Source: Desulfobulbaceae bacterium (GTDB lineage Bacteria; Desulfobacterota; Desulfobulbia; Desulfobulbales; SURF-16). Taken from it: a DNA stretch of 64,000 nucleotides. Shown piece after piece: positions 45,401-54,882 of this stretch. A model generated the notes under the pieces. It did not search any database and was not told the DNA's origin. It saw nothing but the letters and a program-made list of their open reading frames with translations. The position numbers and the translations under genes were made by a program. The DNA lies in the NCBI GenBank assembly GCA_002868945.1, contig PKTX01000041.1, forward strand, positions 65,407 to 129,406. The letters run 5' to 3'. The first letter of the stretch is position 1. Every line of letters begins with the position of its first letter.

Positions 45401-46747
45401 GGCGGCCTGGTTGGCGTAACCCATTTGGATCTGGGCTGAGGAGAGGGGGGAAGCGAAGACCAGCACCTCGTCAATGGCCCCTTCAAAACGCCATCGAGCA
45501 GTTGATTCGCTGGAGCCATCAGGCTCGCCGCCTATTGCGGCAATGCCATTGTCAACGCCCCATGAACCGGTATAGGTGTCGGAGGCCACCATGTTCGCGT
45601 CCACATAGATGCGTCGTGTCTTGTTAACAGCATCATGCACTGCGGTGACAAAATGCCATTGGCCCTCCTGGATGACAACGCCGGTGTCGAGGATAATCGG
45701 ATTAACATTTCTGGAAAAAAAACGCAGCCTGCCATTGCCTCCATCGTTAAGACTGAAGGCGAAACCACCGCTGTTGTGTTGATCGTCCACGAAAATACGC
45801 TGGTCACCACCAAGGTTATCCGCCCGTATCCACGCTGAAATGGTGAAGCTTCCTTGGAGATTGGAGAACGATGGCGGTAAGGCGATGTAATCATCCATGC
45901 CATCTAAGGCAGCAGCCATACATATACCGCCGGTTTCTTCAGTTATATCCGTGGGGATAAGGCCGTTGACGGCAGTGCCATGGTGGTCGTTGCCGCTGCT
46001 GTCCTCCACCTCGCCTGCCGTACCATTCCAGGAAGCTTCATCCATTCTGAGATCGAGGAGGGCAGAGGGGGAGGCTTGAAAAAACAGGATGGCATCGCCG
46101 TTTGTTACGGAACTGGTATTGAAGGAATACTCCGTGTAGTCGGTGTCGGAAACTTCGATGCCGATGGTTGCGCTGGTGCCGTTGGTATTTCCGGCGCCGT
46201 ACTGGAATTTGATCTCGTTACTGGTTTCGTAAAGGATAATCTGAAAGGTGTAGCTGCCGGAATGTGAATAGTGCGGCACATTGATCCAGCTGGCCACAAA
46301 GATGCGATTTGGGGCGGTGCCCATTGTTTCATAGGTTACTGATCCGCCCCGGCTCGGCTCGAGGTCGTCCCAATAGCCGGCAATAACCCGATCTGCCGGG
46401 CTTGCTGAGCAGGGTCCTTGGCCAACATTGGTGATGGGCAGTGCTTCATTGGTGTAATCCTTGTGAAAACCCAGGTCGGTGCCAAGGTGCAGGGCGCCGT
46501 TACTCAAGATCCTGAGCTGGCTGTAGTCGGTCCCCGCAAAATTAAAGGTGAAGCCGATATTAACAAGTTGTTTGTCGTCGTCGGTGGGGTAACGCGTGCA
46601 GACCCCCTCCCAGGTGACATTGATCGGGGCCGATGCTTGCCAGGCGAAGGTGGCGGTATCATCATGGAAATAGGTCGCAGCCTGGGTGGGGCTCATATAT
46701 GGAAAAAGAAGGAAGCTCAACAGGGAAGCTATGAAAAGACGGGCCAT
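42470..46747 (-). CDS. mshQ: MshQ-like giant pilus-associated protein with a LamG/ConA-like domain
   Basis: About 1425 aa with a signal peptide (MARLFIASLLSFLLFPYMSPTQAA). A LamG-type segment (DDYIALP...FTISAWIR...GQWHFVTAV...IDEVLVF) is followed by long beta-rich repeats. ATG 46747 follows GAGGA, and the track start at TTG 46780 is less likely. Confidence 0.8.
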   Translation of the reverse strand: MARLFIASLLSFLLFPYMSPTQAATYFHDDTATFAWQASAPINVTWEGVCTRYPTDDDKQLVNIGFTFNFAGTDYSQLRILSNGALHLGTDLGFHKDYTNEALPITNVGQGPCSASPADRVIAGYWDDLEPSRGGSVTYETMGTAPNRIFVASWINVPHYSHSGSYTFQIILYETSNEIKFQYGAGNTNGTSATIGIEVSDTDYTEYSFNTSSVTNGDAILFFQASPSALLDLRMDEASWNGTAGEVEDSSGNDHHGTAVNGLIPTDITEETGGICMAAALDGMDDYIALPPSFSNLQGSFTISAWIRADNLGGDQRIFVDDQHNSGGFAFSLNDGGNGRLRFFSRNVNPIILDTGVVIQEGQWHFVTAVHDAVNKTRRIYVDANMVASDTYTGSWGVDNGIAAIGGEPDGSSESTARWRFEGAIDEVLVFASPLSSAQIQMGYANQAAGFNWDGSARSCLPPESGSCAAIFPSALQNSTAAGTIEFGWNAQVSDPDNILETANTIDFNPWGADTCGSSDCTASGFPAAQPEMPSFQHSSGNTDISLGWQEDYTLGSGGVSDYRDITGGGHGTISDGGAQQVYRIRTLRLNWRDELVLRGGVDYWIENLEFNSSRNVIEVVGSGTARLFIGNDVEFSWHADVNKDGAPEDLLIVGYDNLTFNNGNSGTLNALIYTTGDVTTNNLNATGTIAAGGDILWLGELAYDASAVENVDHRGFCGGPSTPLDHIRLEHDGTGITCMAERVTILACADADCTVTYTGEVTVDLTSPVSGWSPDPVTFDGGSTTVDLHHTTAETITLAAVATSPIADNDTICLNNGGGAACQLFFSEVGVLIDGNDNDADAASPFTTQIAGKPSNVAPPSPALLQRIRVVRTDDQTGACIAGVSNETLDATFQYLVPIADQGLADNTITIAGNTSADLSSAGNGATVELAFDGNGTAPFNSTWTDAGRYSLRIDLDIPVTDAAGVPTGDTIPATDTSNDFVVRPLALFADAAGNPKAQDADGGVFKKAGEAFSLTFTSLRWTAGRDSDSDGVWDDCGSSTLTDPGLPLARVPAWNIGQPAAALVLPAAANDPGLSYASGDVTFAAADASVTVNDSAYPEVGIVQLNENVSGGFLGEPMELCSPYIGRFRPDHFVVSINPAPPTFTDACVVGNYSYLGEPFPFATPPIITISAMNGAPTPAITRNYDCGAFWKFATPMNLAYSYTDSSGNSLGLSPTAGTVNPATGDTSDCNGTVQLTLTDTITYARPAILSPLAPFAASVDLAINALQLTDADSVCHDTGSGCQGFSQAGITGTNLRHGRIQIFNNFGPETEDITASPFEAHYYDGTTWSINSDDHCTTGLAFCSAPSAGRVTNIDPDPLAAGRATLTVTTTGTAGEQLDVCLTAPVWLSETDCSAPDLTCGEFTFGIYRGNDRIINWREVVQ

Positions 46748-46839
46748 GTGAAGAGTCCTCAAAAAAAACAGGCTGAACAAGCATCTCGGGAATCTACCGT
46801 ATCACAGTTAATGAAGTAGGTAAAGTTTTTGCACCATCG

Positions 46840-47790
46840 CTATTTCCTGCTAAGTCCCTGGATATAGGTGCAAAGATCCTGGAATGAGGGTTGCGCGAAG
46901 ATCCTCTGGCGGATGGTGGAGCTGCCGGGCAAACCCTTAATGTACTTCCCGGCGTGGTTCTTGATTTTACCCAGCAGTCGTTAGGCCGGCAGGTAGTGGT
47001 CGATGAGCTCCAGGTGGCGGCTCAGGGCCCCCAGGCGCAGGGAGCGGGATGGTTCGATATTGATATGCGGCGAAAAGATCCAGGGGGCGCCCAGGGCGGC
47101 GCGGCCGATCATGACGCCGTCGCAGCCGGTCTCAGCCATGAGTCGCAGGCCGTCATCGTAGGAGTGGATGTCGCCGTTGCCGATCACCGGGATGTGGGAC
47201 GCCTCCTTGACCCGGCTGATGACGCTGTAATCCACGCTCCCGGAAAAACCGTCACTCCAGGTGCGGGCATGGACGGCAAGGGCTGAGGCGCCGGCCTCCT
47301 CGACCATGCGGGCGAATTCCGGGGCATTGATGCTCTGATGGTTCCAGCCGGTGCGGAACTTCACCGTTACCGGCTTGCTGGTGGCGGCCACCACCCGGCG
47401 AATAATCTGTTCGGCCAGCTTCGGCGTCTGCATGAGGGCACTGCCCGCCCCCTTTTTGATGACCTTGCGCACCGGGCACCCCATGTTGATATCGATGAAG
47501 GCCACCGGCTCCTTGTCGATCATGGCCGCGGCCTGGGCCATGACCTCCGGTTCGCTGCCGAAGAGCTGCAGGGCCAGGGGCTGTTCGTCGGGCACGGTGG
47601 CGATCATCTGCCTGGTCTTGTGCTGGTCATAAACCAGGCCGTGGCAGGAGATCATCTCCGAATAGACCAGGCCGGCGCCGAACTCGCGGCAGAGCAGGCG
47701 AAAGGGCAGATCTGTATAACCGGCCAGAGGGGCCAGGGCAAAGGGCTGGTTAATCTCTATCGGACCAATACTAAAGGAAGATGGCTTCAT
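46840..47790 (-). pseudogene. tRNA-dihydrouridine synthase (Dus) interrupted by an in-frame TAA at 46981-46983
   Basis: The 269-aa track ORF has the Dus TIM-barrel (LAPLAGYTDLPFR, DINMGCP, KFRTGW). The 46 codons immediately after the TAA, in the same frame, read RLLGKIKNHAGKYIKGLPGSSTIRQRIFAQPSFQDLCTYIQGLSRK, a typical Dus C-terminus. The combined reading frame is 316 codons, 269 before the TAA codon and 46 after it. Confidence 0.7.
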
Positions 47791-48130
47791 GTTTTTTTAC
47801 GTGTCAGCTCTGTTCAGGGAAATATTTTTTGTAGTGACGTTCTCGCAGAGGGCGAGCAGTGTGCCAGAAATGTGCAAGCAGGCCGGCCATGGCACCGCGT
47901 CGCTGATATGGCCTGCCTAGTGCCTGGATGGGGTGCAGCTCTTCCTTTACTTTTTTTCACTCGCGACTTCCGGTAATTAAGGGTAAGATAGCGGCCATTT
48001 TCCAAGGGAAAAGGAGAGTGCGGACCTGGTTTTTAAACCACAAAGTCTGTTTTGGGTAGCTATTATGGCGATAATTCTTCGAATTTGCCGCAATTATTGC
48101 TTTAGAACATAAAAAATGGAGAGAAACACA

Positions 48131-50065
48131 ATGGCACTGGAGCTGAATCTTCAAAATAAAGAGCTCACCAGCGATGAAATTGCAAAACTGGCGGAGATGC
48201 GCAAGGTCTGCGCCAGACGTATCCTGCTGGCCACCTCCCTGGCCTCCTCCGGCCATCCCGGTGGCTCCCTGTCAACCCTGGACATGCTGCTGGTGACCTA
48301 TGGTTGTATCAACCATAAACCGGCTGACAGTCAGTGGCCGGGGCGCGACCGTGTGGTCATGAGTATCGGCCATGTCTCTCCCGGTGTTTATGCCGTGCTT
48401 GCCGAGTATGGCTATTTCAGCGAGGAGGATTTCCTTACCGGCTTCAGAAGGGCAGGCTCCGGTTTTCCGGGCCATGTGGAGCGTATCGTGCCCGGGGTTG
48501 AGTGGGACACCGGCAACCTTGGCCAGGGTCTTTCCACGGCCGTGGGCATGGCCCAGGCCTTTAAGATGCAGGGCATCGACCAGAAGGTCATCTGCTACAT
48601 GGGTGACGGAGAGCAGCAGAAAGGCCAGATCTCCGAGGCCATGCGTTATGCCAACAAGTATAATCTCAACAACCTTATTGTCATTGTCGATCGTAACCAT
48701 GTGCAGATCTGCGGCAGCACCGAGGATGTCATGGATATTGATGTGGCCGGTCTCTTTGAGATCTCGGGCTGGAACGTGCTCAAGCTTGATGACGGCCATG
48801 ATACCAATAAATTCTTTCAGGCCTTTGGCCGGGCCTATAACGGTGAGGTGGCCAAGGGCGACAAACCCACCCTGATCGAGGCCCAGACCGTTATGGGCAA
48901 GGGTATCTCCTTTATGGAAAACCTGCCCAAGTATCATGGTTCTCCCCTTACTCAGGAACAGCTGACCGAGGCTTTTCAGGAGCTGGGGCTGGAAAATGAT
49001 TTTGACAAGTGGGCCGAGCTCCGTAAGAAGCCGGTCTCCACCGCCACCAAGGTAAAACATGTGGTGCGTTACCCTGATATTGCCGCCGGGGAGCCCATTA
49101 CCTATGAGAGTAAGACGGACTGTCGTTCTGCCTACGGCAATGCCCTGTACAGCCTGGCCCAGGCCAATAATGTCGAGGGCACCATGAGGATCGCCGGTAT
49201 ATCCTGCGACCTGGAGGGATCGGTGAAGATGGGTGACTTCCGCAAGCACAGCCCCAGCGCCTTTTTCGAGGCCGGGATCCAGGAGCATCACGCCGCCACC
49301 ATGGCAGCGGCCATCAGTTGTGAAGAGGTGGCCTGCTTTTTTTCCACCTTTGGCGTTTTTGCCGTTTCCGAGGTCTACAATCAGAACCGTATTTCAGATA
49401 TCAATGAGACCAATCTCAAGGTGGTGGCCACCCATTGCGGCCTTGATGTGGGCGAGGACGGCCCCACCCATCAGGGGATCGATTTTATCGGTCTCATGCG
49501 CAACTATTTCCGCTTCAGTGTCTATATGCCGGCTGATCCCAACCAGACCGATCGGGTCATCCGCAGGGCTGCGCTTGATTCAGGCAATGTCTTTGTCGGT
49601 ATGGGCCGCTCCAAGATGGATATGGTCCTTGCAGTAGACGGCAGCCCCTTCTTTGGAGGTGATTATCGCTTTACCCCCGGCAAGGGTGACTGGGTGCGGA
49701 ACGGTGATGCCGGCACCATTATCACCTACGGTTCCGTGACCCCCAATGTCATGGCGGCCTGGCAGAAGCTGAAGGATGAGGGCATCAGTGCCGCAGTCTT
49801 GGTCATGGCCTCGGTGGTGCCGGTGGATGAGGCCGCCATTGTCGAGGCGGCCCGCAAGGGGCCGATTCTCACGGTTGAGGACCATCATGTCGATACCGGT
49901 CTTGGCGCCCTGGTGGCCATGGTCATGGCCGATAATGCCCTGGCGACACCCTTTAAGCGTCTCGGGGTCAGCCGCTATGGCTCCTCGGGAAAGCCTGCTG
50001 ACCTCTATGCCGATCAGGGACTGGATGCAGCCGGTATTGCCCGTAGTTTCAGGGAGATGCTCTAG
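48131..50065 (+). CDS. tkt: Transketolase (single polypeptide of the short TktN+TktC type)
   Basis: SSGHPGGSLS, GNLGQGLS and GDGEQQKGQ (the TPP motif region), with a C-terminal pyrimidine-binding half. ATG 48131 follows GGAGAG 7 nt upstream; the alternative is ATG 48116. Confidence 0.9.
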   Translation: MALELNLQNKELTSDEIAKLAEMRKVCARRILLATSLASSGHPGGSLSTLDMLLVTYGCINHKPADSQWPGRDRVVMSIGHVSPGVYAVLAEYGYFSEEDFLTGFRRAGSGFPGHVERIVPGVEWDTGNLGQGLSTAVGMAQAFKMQGIDQKVICYMGDGEQQKGQISEAMRYANKYNLNNLIVIVDRNHVQICGSTEDVMDIDVAGLFEISGWNVLKLDDGHDTNKFFQAFGRAYNGEVAKGDKPTLIEAQTVMGKGISFMENLPKYHGSPLTQEQLTEAFQELGLENDFDKWAELRKKPVSTATKVKHVVRYPDIAAGEPITYESKTDCRSAYGNALYSLAQANNVEGTMRIAGISCDLEGSVKMGDFRKHSPSAFFEAGIQEHHAATMAAAISCEEVACFFSTFGVFAVSEVYNQNRISDINETNLKVVATHCGLDVGEDGPTHQGIDFIGLMRNYFRFSVYMPADPNQTDRVIRRAALDSGNVFVGMGRSKMDMVLAVDGSPFFGGDYRFTPGKGDWVRNGDAGTIITYGSVTPNVMAAWQKLKDEGISAAVLVMASVVPVDEAAIVEAARKGPILTVEDHHVDTGLGALVAMVMADNALATPFKRLGVSRYGSSGKPADLYADQGLDAAGIARSFREML

Positions 50066-50093
50066 CGGCGAACTCTCCCTATTTCTCGTAAAA

Positions 50094-50143
50094 CCCAATA
50101 AAAAGGGCGGCTGGAGTTCACTCCAGCCGCCCTTTTTATTGGG
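50094..50143. terminator. 23-bp perfect hairpin, bidirectional terminator
   Basis: CCCAATAAAAAGGGCGGCTGGAG-TTCA-CTCCAGCCGCCCTTTTTATTGGG. Confidence 0.7.
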
Positions 50144-50233
50144 GCAGCGCCGCGCTGGCGATGGACCAGGGCCTGTGTCCCCCTCTCTGGTTGGTGCCCA
50201 CTGCCTGGCTGCCAGTCTCCAGTGCCAGGCGCC

Positions 50234-50275
50234 AAGAAAATACAGCCGCATCCCGTGTTTGGCGGGGTGCGGCTG
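50234..50275 (-). terminator. Rho-independent terminator of the 50310-51362 gene
   Basis: CAGCCGCATCCCG / CGGGGTGCGGCTG stem, followed on the minus strand by TATTTTCTT. Confidence 0.55.
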
Positions 50276-50309
50276 TGTGGGAAAGCCTGTCGGGTTGATT
50301 GCTGTCGTT

Positions 50310-51362
50310 CTACCAGGTCTTGATTTCCACGTGGTAGATGTTGAGCGGTTCATTGCCGTCACGGTAGAGGAACTCAACCTTGTAAGCGCCTTTGCTGTTG
50401 ACCAGAGAAGAGATATCCGTCTTGATGGGTCGGACATCATCCGCGCCGTTGACGCCGTAAAAATTGGTGGCTTGCAGTTGATCCGGCGACCAGCTTGTCA
50501 CCTGATGGCGCTGACCGGAAGGGGTGACAAGATACACCTCGCCATAGGAGTTGTTGGTCTCGCGACCGTAGCCGTTAAAGGAAAGCCAGGCGTGTTCGCC
50601 AAACTGCTCTATGGCAAAGGAGTAGACGTTGTTTTTGACGTTGTTGCCGGAACCGGCGATCCCTTTGCTGTCGTTGGCATAGATCAGTGGTTTGGCGGCG
50701 CTGGCTTGCCGTGTCGGCGCAGTGACCTTCTCTGTCTTGGCCTTGCCGGCGGATCTGGCCTTGGGCGCGGCAGGGGATGCTTTGGGCGCAGGTGCTACGG
50801 CGGCTGCCGGGCGGGCCGGGGCCTTTTTCTCTGCTGTCTTGGCGGCACCGGTCCCCGGGCTGGAGAGGCCCATCATCTTGTTGCGTTCCGTCTGGACAAC
50901 CAGGGCGCCGGCCAGATTGTTCTGGCGGATCAATTTGTCCTCAAGGGTCTTGAGGTCCATGATGTATTGGTTCTTGATCTGCCTGGCGTTCTTGTTTTTG
51001 TATGAGTCGAACAGGGTCTGATATTTGCGCTCAACCTTTGCCAGGGCCTCTTTTCTCAGGGCGTTTATGCGGGCATTGTACCTCTGTTCGATCTTTCTGA
51101 TCTCCAGATCCCTGGCGTTTTCCAGGGAGGCGATCTGTTTGGTGAGTACCGGGGCCTGGAGGCTCTCTTTCTTGCTGCTTTCATACTCGCTTTTCAGCTC
51201 TGCCATCTTTTCAGGTGTTGCGACATCTTTCATCTGCTGTTCATAGGCGCTGCGCATGGCCGTGAGTTCAGCAGGTTCCCGGTCAATGGTGAGGACGTTG
51301 GCCTGCAGCGGTGCAGTCAGGCAGAAGAGAAAAGAGCAAAGAAAGAAAAACTTTTTAGACAT
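50310..51362 (-). CDS. Secreted hypothetical protein (coiled coil, Ala/Pro/Lys linker, beta-rich C-domain)
   Basis: Signal peptide MSKKFFFLCSFLFCLTAPLQA. ATG 51362 follows GGGGGA. No family was recognised. Confidence 0.7.
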   Translation of the reverse strand: MSKKFFFLCSFLFCLTAPLQANVLTIDREPAELTAMRSAYEQQMKDVATPEKMAELKSEYESSKKESLQAPVLTKQIASLENARDLEIRKIEQRYNARINALRKEALAKVERKYQTLFDSYKNKNARQIKNQYIMDLKTLEDKLIRQNNLAGALVVQTERNKMMGLSSPGTGAAKTAEKKAPARPAAAVAPAPKASPAAPKARSAGKAKTEKVTAPTRQASAAKPLIYANDSKGIAGSGNNVKNNVYSFAIEQFGEHAWLSFNGYGRETNNSYGEVYLVTPSGQRHQVTSWSPDQLQATNFYGVNGADDVRPIKTDISSLVNSKGAYKVEFLYRDGNEPLNIYHVEIKTW

Positions 51363-51622
51363 AGTGTCCCCCATGTGAGTTGGTGCAATGAGAATTCAGG
51401 AATCAGAAGAAAAGCGTAAAGGGTAGTCGTTCTGACCTCCGCCTCTGAATTTCGGCATGTTGGAAAAAAACTTTGCCATATTGCTGATAATATGCGTAAT
51501 AACAACAATATATAACAAGCCGGAATGTTGAATCGTGGATCGATATTGCTGCTGGTAAACTGCTGCCTAACCTGGCATAGCAACCTACAGAGTTTTTTGC
51601 CCTTTTGCAAGGCGCGGCAGGG

Positions 51623-52234
51623 CTACTCCAGCTCTTCGATATCATCGCTGGGGACCAGCGTCCTGCTGTCGCCCTCTCTGGTCAAGAAGTAGAAGAGTTG
51701 GATTTCTATATCCTCGGCCACGGTGTCCGCCATCTCAAGCAGGGCCAGGTCCTGATTGCTCTGGGTGCGAACCGAATCATTACCGACCCGAAAGGTTTCC
51801 CTTTTGACATAGTTCGATTTTTCCAGAACGGTTTTGCCGGTTACGGCATTGCGGAGCTCATAACCGAGTTCCACCTCGGCCCGCAGCTCAACGGCCCGGT
51901 CAAAGGCGCCGTAGGAGAGCCCGGGTATTTCCACGGCAAAGATGGTGCCGCCCAGGATGTAATCGGCGTCTGCCGGGGAGGAGCTGAGAATGAAACGGTT
52001 TGATTTGGTCAGGGTCTGCTGGAGGCTCTGGCGCATCTGGCCCTGCAGGCCAAGAAGGTTGGTCTTGTTTGACCACATATCCACAAATATGCTGAGTTGG
52101 CCGTCACCGTTCAAGTCCAGGTCGGCCAGGCGGGTCTGGGGATTGCTGTAGCCGCAGGAGCTGACAAGAAAGAGCACGAGAGCGCAGTACAAGAAGAGTC
52201 GGGTCGGAGTGCGGGGCTGTTTGGTGCTGGTCAT
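51623..52234 (-). CDS. LptE-like LPS-assembly lipoprotein (tentative)
   Basis: Lipobox LVSSC. It lies immediately downstream of leuS, the conserved leuS-lptE arrangement. The start was taken at ATG 52234. Confidence 0.55.
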   Translation of the reverse strand: MTSTKQPRTPTRLFLYCALVLFLVSSCGYSNPQTRLADLDLNGDGQLSIFVDMWSNKTNLLGLQGQMRQSLQQTLTKSNRFILSSSPADADYILGGTIFAVEIPGLSYGAFDRAVELRAEVELGYELRNAVTGKTVLEKSNYVKRETFRVGNDSVRTQSNQDLALLEMADTVAEDIEIQLFYFLTREGDSRTLVPSDDIEELE

Positions 52235-52241
52235 GGCAGGT

Positions 52242-54734
52242 CTACACCACAATGCTGATAAGTTTGTTTTTGACGACAATAATCTTGCGGATATCCTTGC
52301 CTTCGGTGAATTTGCCGACCTTGTCATCGGCCAAGGCCATTGCCTTGAGCTCTTCTTCCGAGGTGTCGCTGGCCACCTGCAGGCGACTGCGCACCTTGCC
52401 GTTTACCTGGACCACCAGGGTGATTTCATCCTCCTTGGCCGCTTCTTCATCAAAGGCTGGCCAGGGGGTGCTGCTCAATTCCGTGTCGTTGCCGATGAGC
52501 TGCCACATTTCCTCGGCAAAGTGGGGAACCATGGGGGCCAGCAGTTTGAGAATGGCCTCCACCGCCTCTTTGATTACAGCGGCCTCGGGCCGTGGCTCCT
52601 GCTCTGCAGCGGCCAGGCCGCTCAGGCTGTTGTTGAGCTCCATGATGGCTGAGATAGCGGTGTTGAAATGGAACTTGCCGTCAATGTCACGGCTGACCTT
52701 GGCTATGGTCTGGTGCGTCTTGCGGTGCAGATCCTGGCCCGGCCTGGATAATTTTTCCGGCCGACTGTGCCGACCCTGCAGGAGCTCCAGGTTGGCGATG
52801 ATAAAACGGTGGACGCGGCCCAGAAAACGGAAGGCGCCGTCCACTCCCTTGTCACTCCACTCCAGATCCCGTTCCGGCGGCGCTGCAAAGAGGGAGAAAA
52901 GGCGTACCGTGTCCGCCCCATACTGATCGATGAGATCGGCCGGGTCCACGACATTACCCTTTGATTTGCTCATCTTGAAGCCGTCCTTGATAACCATGCC
53001 CTGGGTGAGAAGGTTGCTGAACGGTTCACTGATGGAGAGATAGCCGAGATCGCGGAGGATCTTGGTGAAAAAACGGGCGTAGAGGAGGTGGAGGATGGCA
53101 TGTTCAACGCCGCCGATGTATTGATCCACCGGCAGCCAGTAGTCGGCCGCCTCTTTCTTCAGGGGGCCGGCGCTGTAATCGGGACAGGTGTATCGCGCAA
53201 AATACCAGGATGACTCGACAAAGGTGTCCATGGTGTCGGTTTCGCGGCGGGCCTCGCCGCCACATTTCGGACAGGTGGTCTTGTAGTAGCTCGCCAGGGT
53301 GTGCAGTGGTGACTTGCCGGACGACTCAATGCTGACATCGCTGGGCAGGGTGACGGGCAGATCCGCCCTGGCCACCGGTTGGACGCCGCAGACCTGACAG
53401 TGGATCATGGGGATGGGGGTGCCCCAGTAGCGCTGGCGGGAGACACCCCAGTCCCGCAGGCGATAGGTCACCTGGCTCCGGCCGAAGCCCTCTTGGTCGG
53501 CCTTGGCGGTGATGGCCTTTTTGGCTTCCTCAGAGGCCATGCCGCTGAATTCCCCTGAGTTGTGCAGAGTGCCGGGGCCGTCATAGGCCTCGGTCATCCG
53601 CTCCGGTGTCAAGGTTTCATCTGGGGGCTGGATGACCACCTTGATGGGGATCTCATACTTGTGGGCAAACTCGAAGTCCCGCTGGTCATGGGCCAGCACC
53701 GCCATGACCGCGCCGGTGCCATACTCCATGAGAACAAAGTTGGCCGCATAGATGGGCAGTCTGTCGCCGTTATAGGGGTTGACGGCATAGGCCCCGATGA
53801 AGATACCCTCCTTGTCGAGCTCCTCACCGGCCTTCTGGCGCTGCTTGGCAATGGTGGTCCGTTTGACGAAGTCGCGCACGGCTCCCTCCCGGGTGGTACC
53901 CTTGGTGAGCTTGGCCACCAGGGGATGTTCCGGAGCAATGGACATGAAGGTGGCGCCGTGGATGGTGTCGGGGCGGGTGGTAAAGATGGTCAGCAGATCA
54001 TCGGTGTCGGCAACAGGGAAGTCGAGCTGGGCACCGGTGGATTTGCCGATCCAGTTGCGCTGCATGGTCAGGACCTTTTCCGGCCAGCCCGTGAGGTTGT
54101 CGCATTCGGCCAGCAGTTCTTCGGCATAGTCGGTTATCTTAAAGAACCAGCCGTTCATCTCCCGTGGGGTGACGCCCTGGTCGCAGCGCCAGCAGCAGCC
54201 GTCAATGACCTGCTCGCGGGCCAGGACGGTCTGGCAGGTTTCACACCAGTTCACCACCGTCACCTTCTGGTAGATAAGGCCCTTTTCATAAAGCTCGATG
54301 AAAAACTGTTGTTCCCAGCGGTAGTAATCGGCATTACAGGTCGCCAGTTCGCGGTCCCAGTCGTAGCTCAGACCCATCTGCTGAAGCTGGCCGCGCATGT
54401 AGTCGATGTTTTCGTACGTCCATTTGGCCGGGTGGGTATTGTTTTTGATGGCGGCATTTTCAGCCGGTAGACCAAAGGCGTCCCAGCCCATGGGGTGCAG
54501 AACATTATAGCCCTGCATGCGCTTGTAGCGGGCCACAACGTCGCCGATGGTGTAGTTGCGCACATGCCCCATGTGGATACGACCGGAGGTATAGGGGAAC
54601 ATCTCCAGCAGGTAATATTTTTTCTTGCCCGGCTCCTCGCCGACCTTGAAGGTTTTCTCCTCTGACCATTTCTGCTGCCATTTGCGTTCAATGGCGATAA
54701 AATCATAATGGTGGGCGGTGTCGACACTGGCCAT
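52242..54734 (-). CDS. leuS: Leucine--tRNA ligase
   Basis: 830 aa with the HMGH (HIGH-class) and KMSKS motifs and a CP1 editing domain. Confidence 0.95.
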   Translation of the reverse strand: MASVDTAHHYDFIAIERKWQQKWSEEKTFKVGEEPGKKKYYLLEMFPYTSGRIHMGHVRNYTIGDVVARYKRMQGYNVLHPMGWDAFGLPAENAAIKNNTHPAKWTYENIDYMRGQLQQMGLSYDWDRELATCNADYYRWEQQFFIELYEKGLIYQKVTVVNWCETCQTVLAREQVIDGCCWRCDQGVTPREMNGWFFKITDYAEELLAECDNLTGWPEKVLTMQRNWIGKSTGAQLDFPVADTDDLLTIFTTRPDTIHGATFMSIAPEHPLVAKLTKGTTREGAVRDFVKRTTIAKQRQKAGEELDKEGIFIGAYAVNPYNGDRLPIYAANFVLMEYGTGAVMAVLAHDQRDFEFAHKYEIPIKVVIQPPDETLTPERMTEAYDGPGTLHNSGEFSGMASEEAKKAITAKADQEGFGRSQVTYRLRDWGVSRQRYWGTPIPMIHCQVCGVQPVARADLPVTLPSDVSIESSGKSPLHTLASYYKTTCPKCGGEARRETDTMDTFVESSWYFARYTCPDYSAGPLKKEAADYWLPVDQYIGGVEHAILHLLYARFFTKILRDLGYLSISEPFSNLLTQGMVIKDGFKMSKSKGNVVDPADLIDQYGADTVRLFSLFAAPPERDLEWSDKGVDGAFRFLGRVHRFIIANLELLQGRHSRPEKLSRPGQDLHRKTHQTIAKVSRDIDGKFHFNTAISAIMELNNSLSGLAAAEQEPRPEAAVIKEAVEAILKLLAPMVPHFAEEMWQLIGNDTELSSTPWPAFDEEAAKEDEITLVVQVNGKVRSRLQVASDTSEEELKAMALADDKVGKFTEGKDIRKIIVVKNKLISIVV

Positions 54735-54882
54735 GGTGCTATCCTTGAAAAAAAAGAGGGAATATCTGTGGTCTATGACGGGGAGGCAGAGCTGGTCGTG
54801 GGCAGGCCTCGGCTTGGTTGGCTATTTTTACCATATCAGCCGGGAAGTGCAACTTCTTGCCCGTCGGCCCAACCTAAAAAAA

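Noticed and set aside
46748-46860. I looked for a sigma-54 promoter in front of the pilus operon, upstream of the MshQ-like start.
   Set aside because: The best candidate, TGGTGC-N..-TTTAC, has the wrong GG-to-GC spacing and no TTGC. No convincing -24/-12 element is present, and the operon may be read through from dus.
47858-48007. A possible decayed A-type copy in the dus-tkt divergent region (AGTGTGCCAGAAATG ... GGCCATTTTCCAAGGG).
   Set aside because: Only the two end-like strings resemble the family. The interior does not align with the core, and there is no TSD. The evidence is too weak to call.
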